Of a stretch of DNA of 64,000 nucleotides, positions 1-11,880 are shown piece after piece. Source of the DNA: Antedon mediterranea (lineage: Eukaryota; Animalia; Echinodermata); NCBI RefSeq assembly GCF_964355755.1, contig NC_092675.1:7559812-7623811 (forward strand), given 5' to 3'. A program made the translations under genes and the position numbers. The notes below the pieces were generated by a model, which worked only from the letters and a program-made list of their open reading frames with translations, was not told the DNA's origin and ran no database searches. How positions within the stretch are numbered: position 1 is the stretch's first letter; every line of letters starts with the position of its first letter.

Positions 1-452
1 GTGGCGTTACGTAATATTTAGTTGTAGGTTTACGTTTTCACTTCTCGCATTCAATATATTACGTATGAAATTTAACCAAGTGTGTGCTATACTTTCTTTA
101 CTCTGATATACGTATTATTTTGAACACTGCCCTCTCTATAGAAAACTTTCCAAACTTATTCATAATCCCTTACCGTGCTGCAGTATTACTGCTTTTATCA
201 GTCCATGGAGGAAATTCCTCCATGCTCAGCAGTCTAGGCAATTGAAAATTTCCTTAACATAATGTTGTTTACCCCCCTCCCGCCCCCCCACCCAATTTGT
301 TAATTTTCATTCAACAGCGGAAGCCCGTAAATATAATTTAATGCATTTTAAGTAACAGACAAAAACAACAATTTAAAGCTTTAACCTTTATTAATTTTAG
401 ATTTAATCATGGCGGCTCATCTTAGATTTACTAATTTTCATTCTTATTTCAG

Positions 453-507
453 ACTTTTCTGACGGTGTTTTTGCCATAGTGGCAACTCTAATTATCCTTG
501 ATGTCAC
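453..507 (+). CDS. TMEM175: TMEM175 internal exon (second-repeat pore helix, FSDGVFAIVATLIILDV)
   Basis: ttcttatttcAG acceptor and GTGAGT donor. Translation matches the TMEM175 signature FSDGVYAIVATLLILD, including the gate Ile (human I271). Confidence 0.93.
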
Positions 508-777
508 GTGAGTTATTTTTTAAATTGTACTATTAATTATTGGCAGTAGCAGCATAGGCCTGTTTGTACAGTGTTAGTGTAAAATGTAAAAGGAAATGTT
601 AGATAGGCCTATAAACGTAAGAAGCACGTGTACGGCAGTATTTCTCATAGGAGCATTGACTAGAACATATCTCTCTGTACAAACGTTTTCCTTTCAAACA
701 TGCGTACAGTCGTATGGCTTTGTCGGTATCGCCAATGTGTTCTCTTCGTCTACTGCATTTTATTTTCTCCACTGTAG

Positions 778-884
778 TACTGCCGTTGTGCCAAATTCTG
801 AAACTTTACAAGTTGACCTGAGGACAACACTGAAGGACGACTCGGAGCTACTACTATCATACGCAGCCACTTACATAACAATAG
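778..884 (+). CDS. TMEM175: TMEM175 exon (TAVVPNSETLQVDLRTTLKDDSELLLSYAATYITIG)
   Basis: tgtAG acceptor, GTAGGT donor, phase fits the previous exon. Aligns to human NVPDP...FLAYFGSFATVG. Confidence 0.88.
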
Positions 885-1133
885 GTAGGTTAATTAGTCA
901 TCAGATAAACATCATTTTGTTTAAATTAAAGATTTTGAAATAAACAAAAAATATTAATGAACTTACTTGCGTGTAGGCTTACCATTTTGCAATATTGTAA
1001 ATGTTTAATCAGGTTCTATAGTTAATTCAGTAGGCCTATTATGTGTGGTGCAATGCATTTATTTTCTGTTCTACCAGATGGCCTACACGGCAAACATAAC
1101 GCATAAAGCTAATTTTCTCTATTCAACTTTCAG

Positions 1134-1171
1134 GAATGATTTGGTATGTACATTACACCATCTTTAACCAT
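1134..1171 (+). CDS. TMEM175: TMEM175 exon (GMIWYVHYTIFNH)
   Basis: tttcAG / GTAAGT. Aligns to human GLLWFAHHSLFLH. Confidence 0.88.
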
Positions 1172-1180
1172 GTAAGTCCT

Positions 1181-1555
1181 TTTATTTTATTTTATTTTTT
1201 TATTTTTATTTTATTTTATTCAATCGAAACCAACAGCGATAATTACCGCCACTAACAGGTTTGATACAAACAAAGCCAGGAGAGTTTAAAGCACCTTGAT
1301 TGGTCCTGACATTGATCAAGGGCTTCTCTCGTCCAGTGCCCACCTTGACCAGAAGTCTGAGGCAGATACTAGATGCAGGGGCTGCCATAAGAGTCAGCAG
1401 TGCTGATTTCAAATGCCTAACGGGACCCCAGCTCCGTATACAGCACCCGCTATTCCCAGATGGTCTCCCATCTAAGCTCTAACAACCAGGCCCAACGTTG
1501 CTTAACTTCGGTGATCTGACGAGAACCGGTGTTTCAACGTGGTAAAGCCGTAGTT
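1181..1555 (-). mobile_element. 5S rRNA-derived SINE (SINE3-type): 5S head, unique body, (TAAAA)n tail
   Basis: Reverse strand 1555-1436 reads ACTACGGCTTTACCACGTTGAAACACCGGTTCTCGTCAGATCACCGAAGTTAAGCAACGTTGGGCC...GGGAATAGCGGGTGCTGTA (5S-like). It is followed by about 215 bp of non-5S body and an A-rich tail instead of a Pol III T-run. Confidence 0.8.
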
Positions 1556-1556
1556 A

Positions 1557-1959
1557 AGCTTGGTTCCCACTAGCGACGCAACGTTAAGCGTGGTTCCCAC
1601 TAGCGACGCAACGTAACGCAATCTACGCAACGTAAGAAAATGCCCTTCTAATAATTGTGTTTGCCCCCTACGATGTTTGCAGCACTAGTGCATCGTCGGT
1701 TCCCACTTGTGATTACGCAATATAACACTTTGCGTCGATACGTCGCTGCGTTACGTTGCGTTCTAGTGGGAACCACGCTTAATGCAATCTACGCAACGTA
1801 AGAACATGCCCTTCCAATCATTGTGTTTGCCCCCGCCTGCGTGAAATCAAACCTGCGATTTTTGCAGCACTATTGCGTCGTCGGTTTCCACTTGTGATTA
1901 CGCAATGCAGCACCTTGCGTCGATATGTCGGTGCGTTGCGTTCTAGTGAGAATCACGCT
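1557..1959. mobile_element. Harbinger/PIF-like MITE family A, one copy (1587-1779) nested inside another
   Basis: TIR AGC(T/G)TGGTTCCCACTAG...CTAGTGGGAACCACGCT with TWA-like flanks. The inner copy interrupts the outer one. Confidence 0.8.
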
Positions 1960-2177
1960 TAACTATGTAATTTATAGGTCCTTACACAATAGATATTAAA
2001 ACCCCTATTAATGGGAAACATTCATGACCCAACAACAACGTACTTACTTGTCCCCAAATGAGGTTTTTTTTAAAAACTATTATGCAAAAAAACTACCTCC
2101 TGATTGCGGATTGTATAAGTTGTCAATTAGGCTTCTACGATCTTTGGAATAATGTTTATTTCATCATTCATTTTCAG

Positions 2178-2222
2178 TTAGTGGTGGCGGTTTCTCGTGC
2201 AATGAATATGTTCAATAAGTTG
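2178..2222 (+). CDS. TMEM175: TMEM175 exon (LVVAVSRAMNMFNKL)
   Basis: ttttcAG / GTAAGA, phase 0-0. Aligns to human VRKATRAMGLLNTL. Confidence 0.82.
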
Positions 2223-2514
2223 GTAAGATTTATTATGATTTAATGTTATAGAAATAGAGAATGTTATGTTATACTGATTGTGGGACGCAAACAGAAATAA
2301 GGAAGACCTTTGACGGACATCATGACGATAGTGACGAGGATCGTTCCTTGATGAGATAACAAAGATATACTAAACGCTGCACTAAGACGTAATAATACCA
2401 AATTTCTCGTCACGATGTACAACCACAAAAATCTTCCCTTTTTTCTCCTTTTCTAAAAGTCCATGCTGATTTTTTTCTTGGCTTGGCTATAAATTTAATG
2501 TGAACTTGAATACA

Positions 2515-2793
2515 TTTTTTTATTTTTTTTATTACACCTTATTTATAGAGGGTGACCCTAAACAGTGTATGCTGACAATGAAGGGGCCCTCTTGATGAGT
2601 GAAAGTGGACGTACTAGGTTCTTTAAAGTGCACATGAATCAGATGTGAACACTGGACCCACGGTTTATAGTCCTTATCCGAGAAGACTCGTTCTACCACC
2701 AGAACGATGGAGCGAGTGAGGCTCGAACCCTTGCCGATGTTAATATGGCAAGGTATTACGGTGCCACTGTCTTAACCGCTTGGCCATTCACCG
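2515..2793 (-). mobile_element. tRNA-derived SINE with Deu-like conserved central domain
   Basis: Reverse strand has A box TGGCCAAGCGG, B box GGTTCGAGCC, core TCTTCTCGGATAAGGACTATAAACCG...CACTTTAAAGAACC and an A-rich tail. A second copy lies near 19.6 kb. Confidence 0.75.
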
Positions 2794-2959
2794 GAGAGTA
2801 AAGTCTCCACGGTTTCACACAGGAACTATACTGATTATCAAACTACCCCCTCAATTTAAATGACGACCATTACATAAAATACATGATGTAATAAAACTAT
2901 GCTTTTCCAGGGCGGAAAAGATTGGCAGCAACAATAACAGACACGCGAGCGGCAAAAAT

Positions 2960-3113
2960 TGGTTCAGTTGGACCTAACGCAAAGACGGAAGCGCAGCAAG
3001 TAATTTGACCAATCACGACTCGTACGCTCCATTGCGTCGTCGTGATTGATCAGATTAATTGCGTTGTGCTTACGTCGTCGTTTACGTCGCGTCCTATAGT
3101 GCAAACCAAGCTT
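2960..3113. mobile_element. Degenerate MITE family A copy
   Basis: TTGGTTC...AACCAAGCT termini and an internal GACCAATCAC / GTGATTG palindrome. Confidence 0.55.
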
Positions 3114-3719
3114 GATTGTTTATGACGCGCCACATGACTACGCAGCTTTCCAGTCGAAAAGTCATTAAACAATCACCGAGGGCATGCGCAGACTGACTCG
3201 TGAAGAGGGCTAATGATTGATATATTTATGGTGATGGTTAGTTTGCTTATAAAGATGGAAGAAAATAGTAGAATGTTTATGAATAATGATAATAATGCAA
3301 ATAAAATAGAATGAGCAAAAAATGCTAATTATCGTAATTTTTAGGTTGAAAAATGAGCTTTTTAACCTCCTGTACCTATATTAAATCGGTTATATAATCG
3401 CTTAAAACTAGTTAATACCAAATATAACAAATGAAGCGGAATGTTCGTGTGGGAGTGCGAAAACCCTAAACTGTGAAATAACTCAAATTAGGGCCGAGTA
3501 TGATTTATGGTCTTTGAGATAATTGATCTGTATGCATTAATTACTATTGATACTGGTATTTCAGGTATTGTACGGTGTAATAATAGGACGTGAGAAAGTT
3601 TCACGCCAATAAAAAAAAAACATACTTGTTATCTATATAAATCCATGGAGGTAATAACTCCATAATTGATCTATATTTAAAATAATATATAACATATCTA
3701 ATTGTTTGGTTATTTTCAG

Positions 3720-3782
3720 ACACTGCTGTGCGTTGGAGTGTACCCGTTTAATTTCAAACTCATCTCTCTTTATAGTAAAAGT
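3720..3782 (+). CDS. TMEM175: TMEM175 exon (TLLCVGVYPFNFKLISLYSKS)
   Basis: ttttcAG / GTAAGT, phase 0-0. Aligns to human SLAFVGGLPLAYQQTSAF. Confidence 0.85.
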
Positions 3783-4194
3783 GTAAGTCATTTTACAATT
3801 CATTTGTAGCTTTCGATTTGCGATGACCTACGACCTAGGTCAGGTCGGGGGTCAGGTAAATCAATATGTGGTCGGTCGTCGCCTTGGCATAGAAACCATC
3901 AAATCTGTGTCGAGGTGGGGAACAAGGATTCACGTCACAATGTCCCTGCTGATGCGCACAATGAATTAACATGACGTAGTTTGGTCATCGGTCATTGGTT
4001 AAAAAAAAAAAACCGAAAGAAGCTCCCTATTATTATTTTTATATAAAAATCCCAGCCCTTTCTCTTTCTATTTAGCGAAATCGATCATACTGCATGCCTA
4101 CTTTACAATAACTCTGTAATGTGTATATAACTAGTGTGAAATAGTGCTGATGTGAAATCATTTCATTCAATTTCGTGACGTCATTATTTAATTA

Positions 4195-5386
4195 CGTAAG
4201 CAATTTGCAAACAACTTGCCCCTCTCTGCAGCGTATACAATATACAAGTTTAGATATAGGAATAGTGAATGTTTAGAATGAGTTGATTGCTGGGGATGTT
4301 TAGAATAATGTACGAACTCACTCAATTCAACGAATTAAAAAAAAAATTACTGTTCAATTGAATTAATAGCATGTAGAAGACTAATATGCCATGCAAACAT
4401 TCGGTGGGGCAGAGCAGTTTAAAACAAGGTGACCGTGCAATAGTAGTAGTTGAAATGGGAGAAAATAATGCACGACACGTGTGCGATACCAGCGAATCAA
4501 GTCAACACTTGACATGTGGGTTAAACTAGCAGTATATTACATTTAATGGCCTCTCTATAATATGCATAAAATATTTCTAATACGTTCACTATTCCATGTA
4601 TTGTCTAGAAGGAATTCGGTGAGCATAGGAACAAAAAAGGAATACAAATAATTCCATTCCTTGAGTTTCGATTTAAGTATTGTATTATATTGGTTATGTT
4701 CACGACTCATTGAAGACATTACAGTGTTGTTTATGTCGTAAGGTGTGGAATTTTTAACTTTAACTATCGGATTTATAAAAGTATTTTTTCGTAAGCAATT
4801 TGCAAACAACTTGCCCCTCTCTGCAGCGTATACAATATACAAGTTTAGATATAGGAATAGTGAATGTTTAGAATGAGTTGATTGCTGGGGATGTTTAGAA
4901 TAATGTACGAACTCACTCAATTCAACGAATTAAAAAAAAAATTACTGTTCAATTGAATTAATAGCATGTAGAAGACTAATATGCCATGCAAACATTCGGT
5001 GGGGCAGAGCAGTTTAAAACAAGGTGACCGTGCAATAGTAGTAGTTGAAATGGGAGAAAATAATGCACGACACGTGTGCGATACCAACGAATCAAGTCAA
5101 CACTTGACATGTGGGTTAAACTAGCAGTATATTACATTTAATGGCCTCTCTATAATATGCATAAAATATTTCTAATACGTTCACTATTCCATGTATTGTC
5201 TAGAAGGAATTCGGTGAGCATAGGAACAAAAAAGGAATACAAATAATTCCATTCCTTGAGTTTCGATTTAAGTATTGTATTATATTGGTTATGTTCACGA
5301 CTCATTGAAGACATTACAGTGTTGTTTATGTCGTAAGGTGTGGAATTTTTAACTTTAACTATCGGATTTATAAAAGTATTTTTTCG
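4195..5386. repeat. Near-perfect head-to-tail tandem duplication, 595-bp unit x2, in a TMEM175 intron
   Basis: CGTAAGCAATTTGCAAAC starts at both 4195 and 4790. I saw only one substitution (ccAGcgaatc vs ccAAcgaatc). Confidence 0.95.
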
Positions 5387-6925
5387 GGAAATACCCTTTA
5401 ATTTCAATAAAATATTATAGCCTAATATATTTGATAAATTCAAGGAATTTGCTAGAATAAATAAATAGGCTTAAAATAACATAAAAAGCAAAACCATTAA
5501 ATGAGTTGAGTCAACTTGTTTATCTATAGTAAAACCCGGTTATGTACAAATAAGTGTGTGTACAAGTTAACGGTACGTATAGGATAAAGTGTGCCCATAA
5601 AATTATTCAGGGGGACTCGTGCCCACCGCCCTGTTTAGTATTAAATCATAATGATTTTATTCTATAGCGCCACCACAACGTACAAATCGAGTAATGAATA
5701 TCTATCCAGGTAATATACTTACAACGTTGTGTGATATACTGCCATCAACGGTACGATATCATAATTTTCTTTTGGAGTTTCAAAAAATGTGCATGGAAGT
5801 GTAAAATTACTCTTCCCTGTATGCATTAGGCCTATTTTATCTAACTTTCAATTCCAACGATGTGACGTAAATATTGCGCAATCTTGTTTTACTTCATCGT
5901 CATCATGGTGACTTTAATTTTAATAAAGTTTTACTTTACAACAAAAATAGAAATGATAATCTTGTTCAAATTAAACAAAAAGCAAAAATGAATTTTTAGA
6001 ATACCTGCAATGGTTCACATACCCACGTGATTTTTTTTTTGTCACAAAAAGACTAGATATGCGTTTTTTTATTTCATTATACCGTGTGAAACCGGAAATA
6101 TAGAGGCCCATGTTAGTAGAAGGTAAACCGGGAATTCAGAGAATTAAAAATAGTTAGGTATACATAAGGCCTCCGTCGTCCACTATAGAGTGACACAGAC
6201 GTTGGAAATTACGAGATTAGTAATAAGTCCTAGTTCTGAGGAATGTCATAATAGGTCAATACAGCCAGTATACATTATACATTATTTACATTGTGTTAAA
6301 AGCAATGACAATTTTCTTCAACCTAAAGAAAGCAATATTTGCTAACATTCCAGAGCTGGAGTGACAAACAAAACCTACTCATGAATAGACACCCGACCAG
6401 CACACGCTCTATTCTTCGCCTGAACGTGCAATATCCCTTGGGCCTAGGAACACAACAGATTGACAAACATAGGCCTACAGTTAGAAAGGTTGCACTTTCA
6501 AACATAAGTCTCCAAAAAAGAAAGCTATATCAAAAGACGTATAAGCGGTGAATAATTCCACCATTTTAAAACGAAACACAACGCATATTTTCAGTGCCGG
6601 ATCCAGGGATGTCTCAACCGTCACAAAAAAAAAAATCTGTTTTGAAATATAATCGAATTTCGTTTATGATTGAAAATGTTCATCTGGTTTGAAGATACGT
6701 TATTATAAAATTCTATTATAAAATTTCGTTCAATTTGCAAAAATGTATTCAATTTTGAAAGTTTCCTAATGGATGATAATGATCGCATTCATTGCTTACA
6801 CATAAAAGAATACTTAAAAATCGTGTTATGACATGATACAGATCATTGGTTAAGCATTTAAAATGAATGATAGATAGGCCTAAATATTAACCTATTCATA
6901 AAGTAATATATAGGATTGTTATAAA

Positions 6926-7104
6926 AGCTTGGTTCCCACTAGAACGTAACGCAAGGACGTAAACGCAACGCAAGCGTTTTAACCAATGACAAGCGAAGTT
7001 ATAGACAGTTAGCAATCACAAGCGAATAAGCCATCGCTTGTGATTAGTCAATTCACTTGCGTTGCGTTACGTCCTTGTGTTGCGTCGCTAGTGGGAACCA
7101 CGCT
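6926..7104. mobile_element. MITE family A, full-length young copy
   Basis: AGCTTGGTTCCCACTAG...CTAGTGGGAACCACGCT; almost wholly palindromic and nearly identical to the copy at 63643. Confidence 0.85.
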
Positions 7105-7344
7105 TAAGATTAGAACCTATTATTTAAATATAGAACTGACCGATCACAAACTATATCTGAGCCACCAGCTTGAAACTTTCGGTTTATTTTTGTTCAGTTT
7201 TCACAAAGGGAGCTTAACATTTATTGGAAACTATATAAAATGTTAGCTACCCATATTTTACTTCGAATTTGATTAAAAATGATAGTTTTGATGATCTGGG
7301 CTTTGTCACTTGTTCATCGTTATTATTTGGTTATTGTATCGAAA

Positions 7345-7575
7345 TGGAGTTGTGGCTTGGTGGTTATTATGCTTGGATTGGAGTTGTGGCTTGTTGGTTA
7401 TGATGCTTGGCTACCAATTCAAGGGTCCTGGGTTCAAGTCCTGTCATATGTCAGGACAAATTACAACTCCACTCCCAAAGACTTGTATCAAGACTTTGTT
7501 TTAAAGAGCATCTTGTGTATGTTTGTCTTGTGAACAAGATTGCCAACTTTAAGGAGGATAGTGAATAAATGAAAA
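7345..7575 (+). mobile_element. tRNA-derived SINE with duplicated 5' head
   Basis: GGAGTTGTGGCTTG..GGTTA occurs twice (about 34-bp duplication), followed by B box GGTTCAAGTCC and a 3' AATAAA. Confidence 0.55.
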
Positions 7576-8094
7576 GGAATGTTATCCTTTGCAATTTTTC
7601 TAAATATATAATCAAACAATTAGGTGATATTGTTATGAATGTGACGTAACATCACATGTACATCAAACGTGAATGCAATTTAGGCGTACTGCAAATTGTT
7701 AGCCCCACTATGAACACTACCACATCCCCGCAATTGATAAACCTTATTGGAAGCCATTTTAATTAATGTGTATAATGTACACGGTATTTTTTTATCGGGT
7801 TGCTAATTCATATAATAATGTAGTTCAAATGTTTCCTTACATCGAAATTTTTAGTTGTAATAATTCTGTCTTTAATGTCATCTTTAATAATATATAAATG
7901 TGTTTATTTTCCTTGTCCTTTTTATTTAAAACAAATGTATATTTTATGGCGATCCTGTAGGCCTATTTGTATTTTTCTTGATACACTGTTGGATCTTGAA
8001 TAAATAAATAAAAAGTAATAAATTTGTATAGATATAAATGAATTTAACCGTCATCATGATTTAACATTTTGTTAATGGATTTCTCATAGTTTGT

Positions 8095-8215
8095 AGTGTG
8101 ATGTGCCTAAATATGGTAGTGATATCCCCAAATATGGTACTGATAATGACATCATTGTGTCCTTATATGGGCACATCACATTTTTATCACATAAAGTTTG
8201 ATAGTATAGACAGAG
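8095..8215. mobile_element. MITE family B (Harbinger-like), partial copy
   Basis: GTGATGTGCC...GGCACATCAC...AAAGTTTGATAGTATAGACAGAG, shared with copies at 11.0, 17.7 and 21.2 kb. Confidence 0.6.
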
Positions 8216-9459
8216 GTATTCATTCATTTACATCTTTCTTAAAATTCTTCCTTCTTTTTCTTTCTAAATTTCTCTCGTTACTGATCCTATTTCCTTATTG
8301 TTATTATATCATTTATAGTTTATTGCCTGTAAAAATTGTTTAATAATTAGTAAAATAATTGTCGTCAAACATAAAAAAAAAAAATCTAGCTTTTATTTAT
8401 AATATAATCATTAATACAATAAAACAAAATAATTATTGAATCTATGTTTGAAATTTGGTGAATAATGACAGGTCACCATCCAAGTCCACGCCTTAATAAT
8501 TTCTATTTAAGATTCATAAAAAACTTAATCTCTAATTATTTCGGCATTTGAGCAGGAGTTAACGTTTCCGCTAGCCTTTCTTGTCAATGTTTACGCCGAA
8601 TTAACTTCGTATTAACTTAGTAGCTTAATAATTCTCTCGAGAATTTTATAAATTTCTTTGCTATAGAATAATAAATCAATTAGGGTAATAAGGTAGTTAG
8701 GCAATTTGAATATTTTGTAGTTATTTATATGAAAGAAATGGTGTGAGAAAGACGATGATCGGTTAAGTCAACGATTGCTCAACCACAACATAACCTTTTA
8801 ACACCGTTTTTGTTATTATTGCTTTCTTTCAATTGTATATATATTATAGCACTTAATTGAATACTTTAAAACTTTTATCCGAATTATAAGTTATGTTATC
8901 ATTGCTTGAAGATACATGCAACGTTATTTAGTATTGATTACATTTCTTTTGATAATCAGCCTATTGGAAATTATTAACATTATATCATTTTGCTTGGTTG
9001 CAGAATGTATAACAAGATTTGCCATTCCGTATTTTCTCTCATCCGAATATTAATTTAATGAACAACACAATATAAATATTTATTTTATATATATAAATGC
9101 TATGTTTAAGTTTGCCCTCTAGTTACAGTTGTCTATCTAATTTGAGTGAATAATATAAAAACCCTCTTGGCAACGGAAGAAATGGGTTTTAGGAGACTTT
9201 ACTATACTTAATTTCCGAAAATTCTATAGTTATGAGGCCCGAATAAATTGATTTTATTGTGTGTAAAGAATGGTTTAATTTCCGTTAGTAATACACTTTT
9301 AAGCCCAAATGATGAATAAGATGAGATATGTTACGAATGTTAGCCCACGCACACCAGTTTGTTTTTGTATGGAACGCCAAATTGTATTGGATAACGCATA
9401 GAGTGTTCTATGAGAAGTAAGATTCTTTGTCAAGCCACCTCCTAATATAAAGATGAGAA

Positions 9460-9578
9460 GAGGAAACCAGAGAAAGAGAAAACCAGGGAAATAGAAAACC
9501 AAGGAAATAGGAAACCATGGAAAGAGGAAACCAGGGAAAGAGGAAATCAGGGAAAGAGAAAACCAGGGAAAGAGGCAA
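9460..9578. repeat. 16-bp purine-rich minisatellite (GAGGAAACCAGGGAAA)~7
   Basis: Direct reading of degenerate tandem units. Confidence 0.85.
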
Positions 9579-10486
9579 CCAAATGGTTCTTTTGCATCGG
9601 CTGTGATTGAATCGGGGGCATGGTACAACGGTGGTCTGCACAGATCACAACCAACACCTTTGTTGTCCACCAGCATTCTTTATGTTACCTATGTACACGA
9701 GTTATATCCTCAAGGGAACTCTGGCGGCATATCAAGTGTAGAAATGAATTGTCATTATTTTTACCGCAGCTTAAGTGACATTGTTATACAGGAAATGCCG
9801 ATAGTTCTGATTGTCACTTGTGTTCTATAGGCTTGATCCATGACATTTCAATAGTGTACTGTGGGATTGAACAATGGCGGATTTTAATGGTGCTTTATAT
9901 ATTGCATTCCAAAGAATTAACATGTCTGGGCTTTTATAAAAGTGCAAAAAATTTAACCTGCTACTGATCAGGCCATACGATAACTAATTGATAATTATGA
10001 TAATTATGATAATTAAGATTGAAAAGATTAATATTCATGAAAAGAGTGATCATGAAAAGAGTGAGATTGAAATATCATTCTTTCCTTTTGTTTATCGACG
10101 ATACACAACGTCAAAAACTGTTGCCACTTTCTCAAATCTCTTTCCACTTTCTTAGCGTTTAAGGAGGCTATGGTCTTGCTATGGTATCATTATTAGTTCA
10201 TTCAACATTTATATTTTAAAAGAAAGTAATAAACAATAATATGAGAATGCAAATTAAGTATATAAACAAAAATAAGGAGACTAACAGACTAACTTTATCA
10301 GTTAAAATGTGACCCTACTCAAAGTTAGTTCTCGCTTGGACGCAAGGCGCAACGTGATTGGTCAATTTACTTGCGGTACGCGTAGATCCATGTGTTGCGT
10401 TCAAGTGAAACTAAGGTTGATACTCACAACCAACATTCGCAGTAGTTTTTATTAAAACTTTATATTATTTCTTTATATATTTAAAG

Positions 10487-10590
10487 ACGTTTGAAAGGAA
10501 TGAAAATGTAGCAGTTCAAATAAGCTGTCTTTTACTATTTATCTCAACGGTGTCATTACTTGGTACGTGGGGAGTTGCACATTTAAATGG
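10487..10590 (+). CDS. TMEM175: TMEM175 exon (TFERNENVAVQISCLLLFISTVSLLGTWGVAHLNG)
   Basis: AG / GTAAGT, phase 0-2. Ungapped alignment to human RVRVSCTIIFLASIFQLAMWTTALLH. Confidence 0.87.
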
Positions 10591-10726
10591 GTAAGTGGTT
10601 GGTGCAGCTATTGCGGTTTATATACATCTGCCCTTTTAATTGAAAATATCAATACAAAATAATTAAATCCAGCAAGCGCCCACGGTTTTAAATAGTTCGC
10701 TTTAAAAGTGTTCTCGTTATTTTTAG

Positions 10727-10807
10727 ATGTGCTCGTAAGTTACAAGAAAATCAAAAGTTTTTCTTCACCCGTACACTTATTATTCTCTCCATATATCCAG
10801 TTGTAAG
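10727..10807 (+). CDS. TMEM175: TMEM175 exon (CARKLQENQKFFFTRTLIILSIYPVVS)
   Basis: tttttAG / GTAAGT, phase 2-2. The YP motif matches human KLALYPCAS. Confidence 0.82.
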
Positions 10808-11409
10808 GTAAGTTAAAAGAAAATGGAGAATGTTATCTCCATGTCATAATTTGTATAGTATCCCACATTTAACCGAATATTGTGTAAAATAATGATATGA
10901 AATTCATTGGTCTTTAGTGGCATTGCTTGCACGAAAATACACATCCATTCCAGGCCATAGATTCTGGATCTGGCCCAGTACCAAGAACCATAGCCATTTG
11001 GACACATCACACTTTTTTGTCACATAAAGTTGATAGTGTAGACAAGCCTTTAGGCCCATTAATAATAACTAAAATTTATTTGAAAACGCCTTCCATGCAG
11101 TATGTAAAGTATGTACAAAATATTTAAAAAAGTACAGGTAATACAGTTAAGAAGCTTGTCTTTAGAATTTGTTGTGAATGTGCTTCAAAGTAAAACATTA
11201 AATCTAGGCCTATAATAATAGAAAACAAGTTGATCGCTCAGGGCCGTACGCGGGGGATTGAGATTGTGTGGGTTTGTGATTCGTGGTGCCAAAACCACTG
11301 AAAGTATTGGGCGTTGTATGTACCGAGGCCACTCATTATTTTTAATGTCCCTTTTTCATTGACGCAACAATAAAAACAAAAAATTGAAATTAATGTTTGA
11401 CTGAAAGAT

Positions 11410-11715
11410 GTATTGTCCCCAAACAACATGACAAATGAAGATTAATTAAATAGGTTATTTTGTAGTTTTAATATAAAGTTAATCCCTTCCGTAAAAAAAA
11501 AATAAATAATGTTTTCTCAAAGAAGATGACAAAATAAATGATTAAATTCAACCAAAAACCCATTTGTATGAAAGCCAATTTGACTATTTTTTTGCTTTAA
11601 ATTGCTTTTTTTTTCGATTCAATTTTTGTTCAAAGTGGATAACTTTCATGTGACATTAAAATGGCATATTTAACGACAAAAAAATGTTTTTTTCAAGAAG
11701 ACAATGTATTTTTAA
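11410..11715. mobile_element. Degenerate Kolobok-like MITE
   Basis: AAAGATGTATTGTCCCC...GACAATGTATTTTTAA; homologous to 48790-49026. Confidence 0.55.
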
Positions 11716-11819
11716 TGATAATTTCCGTTATGTTAATTAATTCAAATGTTGGAGAAAACTTCACGCTCTTTGAAAGCTACATTGAAATGGAATTGTTTAT
11801 ATAAATATCTATGTTACAG

Positions 11820-11880
11820 TTTATTAACATTTCTGTGCGGATTCAAAGCTGGGACCTTCGATGCTGTTACATTTGAAATC
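11820..11880 (+). CDS. TMEM175: TMEM175 exon (LLTFLCGFKAGTFDAVTFEI); terminal exon(s) downstream not securely identified
   Basis: ttacAG / GTAAGT, phase 2-0. Aligns to human SLLAFASTCLLSRFSVGIFHL. Confidence 0.8.

Noticed and set aside
1436-1555. Functional 5S rRNA gene
   Set aside because: Several substitutions and indels, no T-run terminator, continues into a SINE-like body and A-rich tail, and is a single copy within an intron.
4555-5443. Duplicated ORFs of 121 and 97 aa
   Set aside because: By-product of the 595-bp intronic duplication; no recognisable domain or splice support.
9299-9830. Hydrophobic FPW-repeat ORFs
   Set aside because: These are translations of the 16-bp minisatellite inside a TMEM175 intron.
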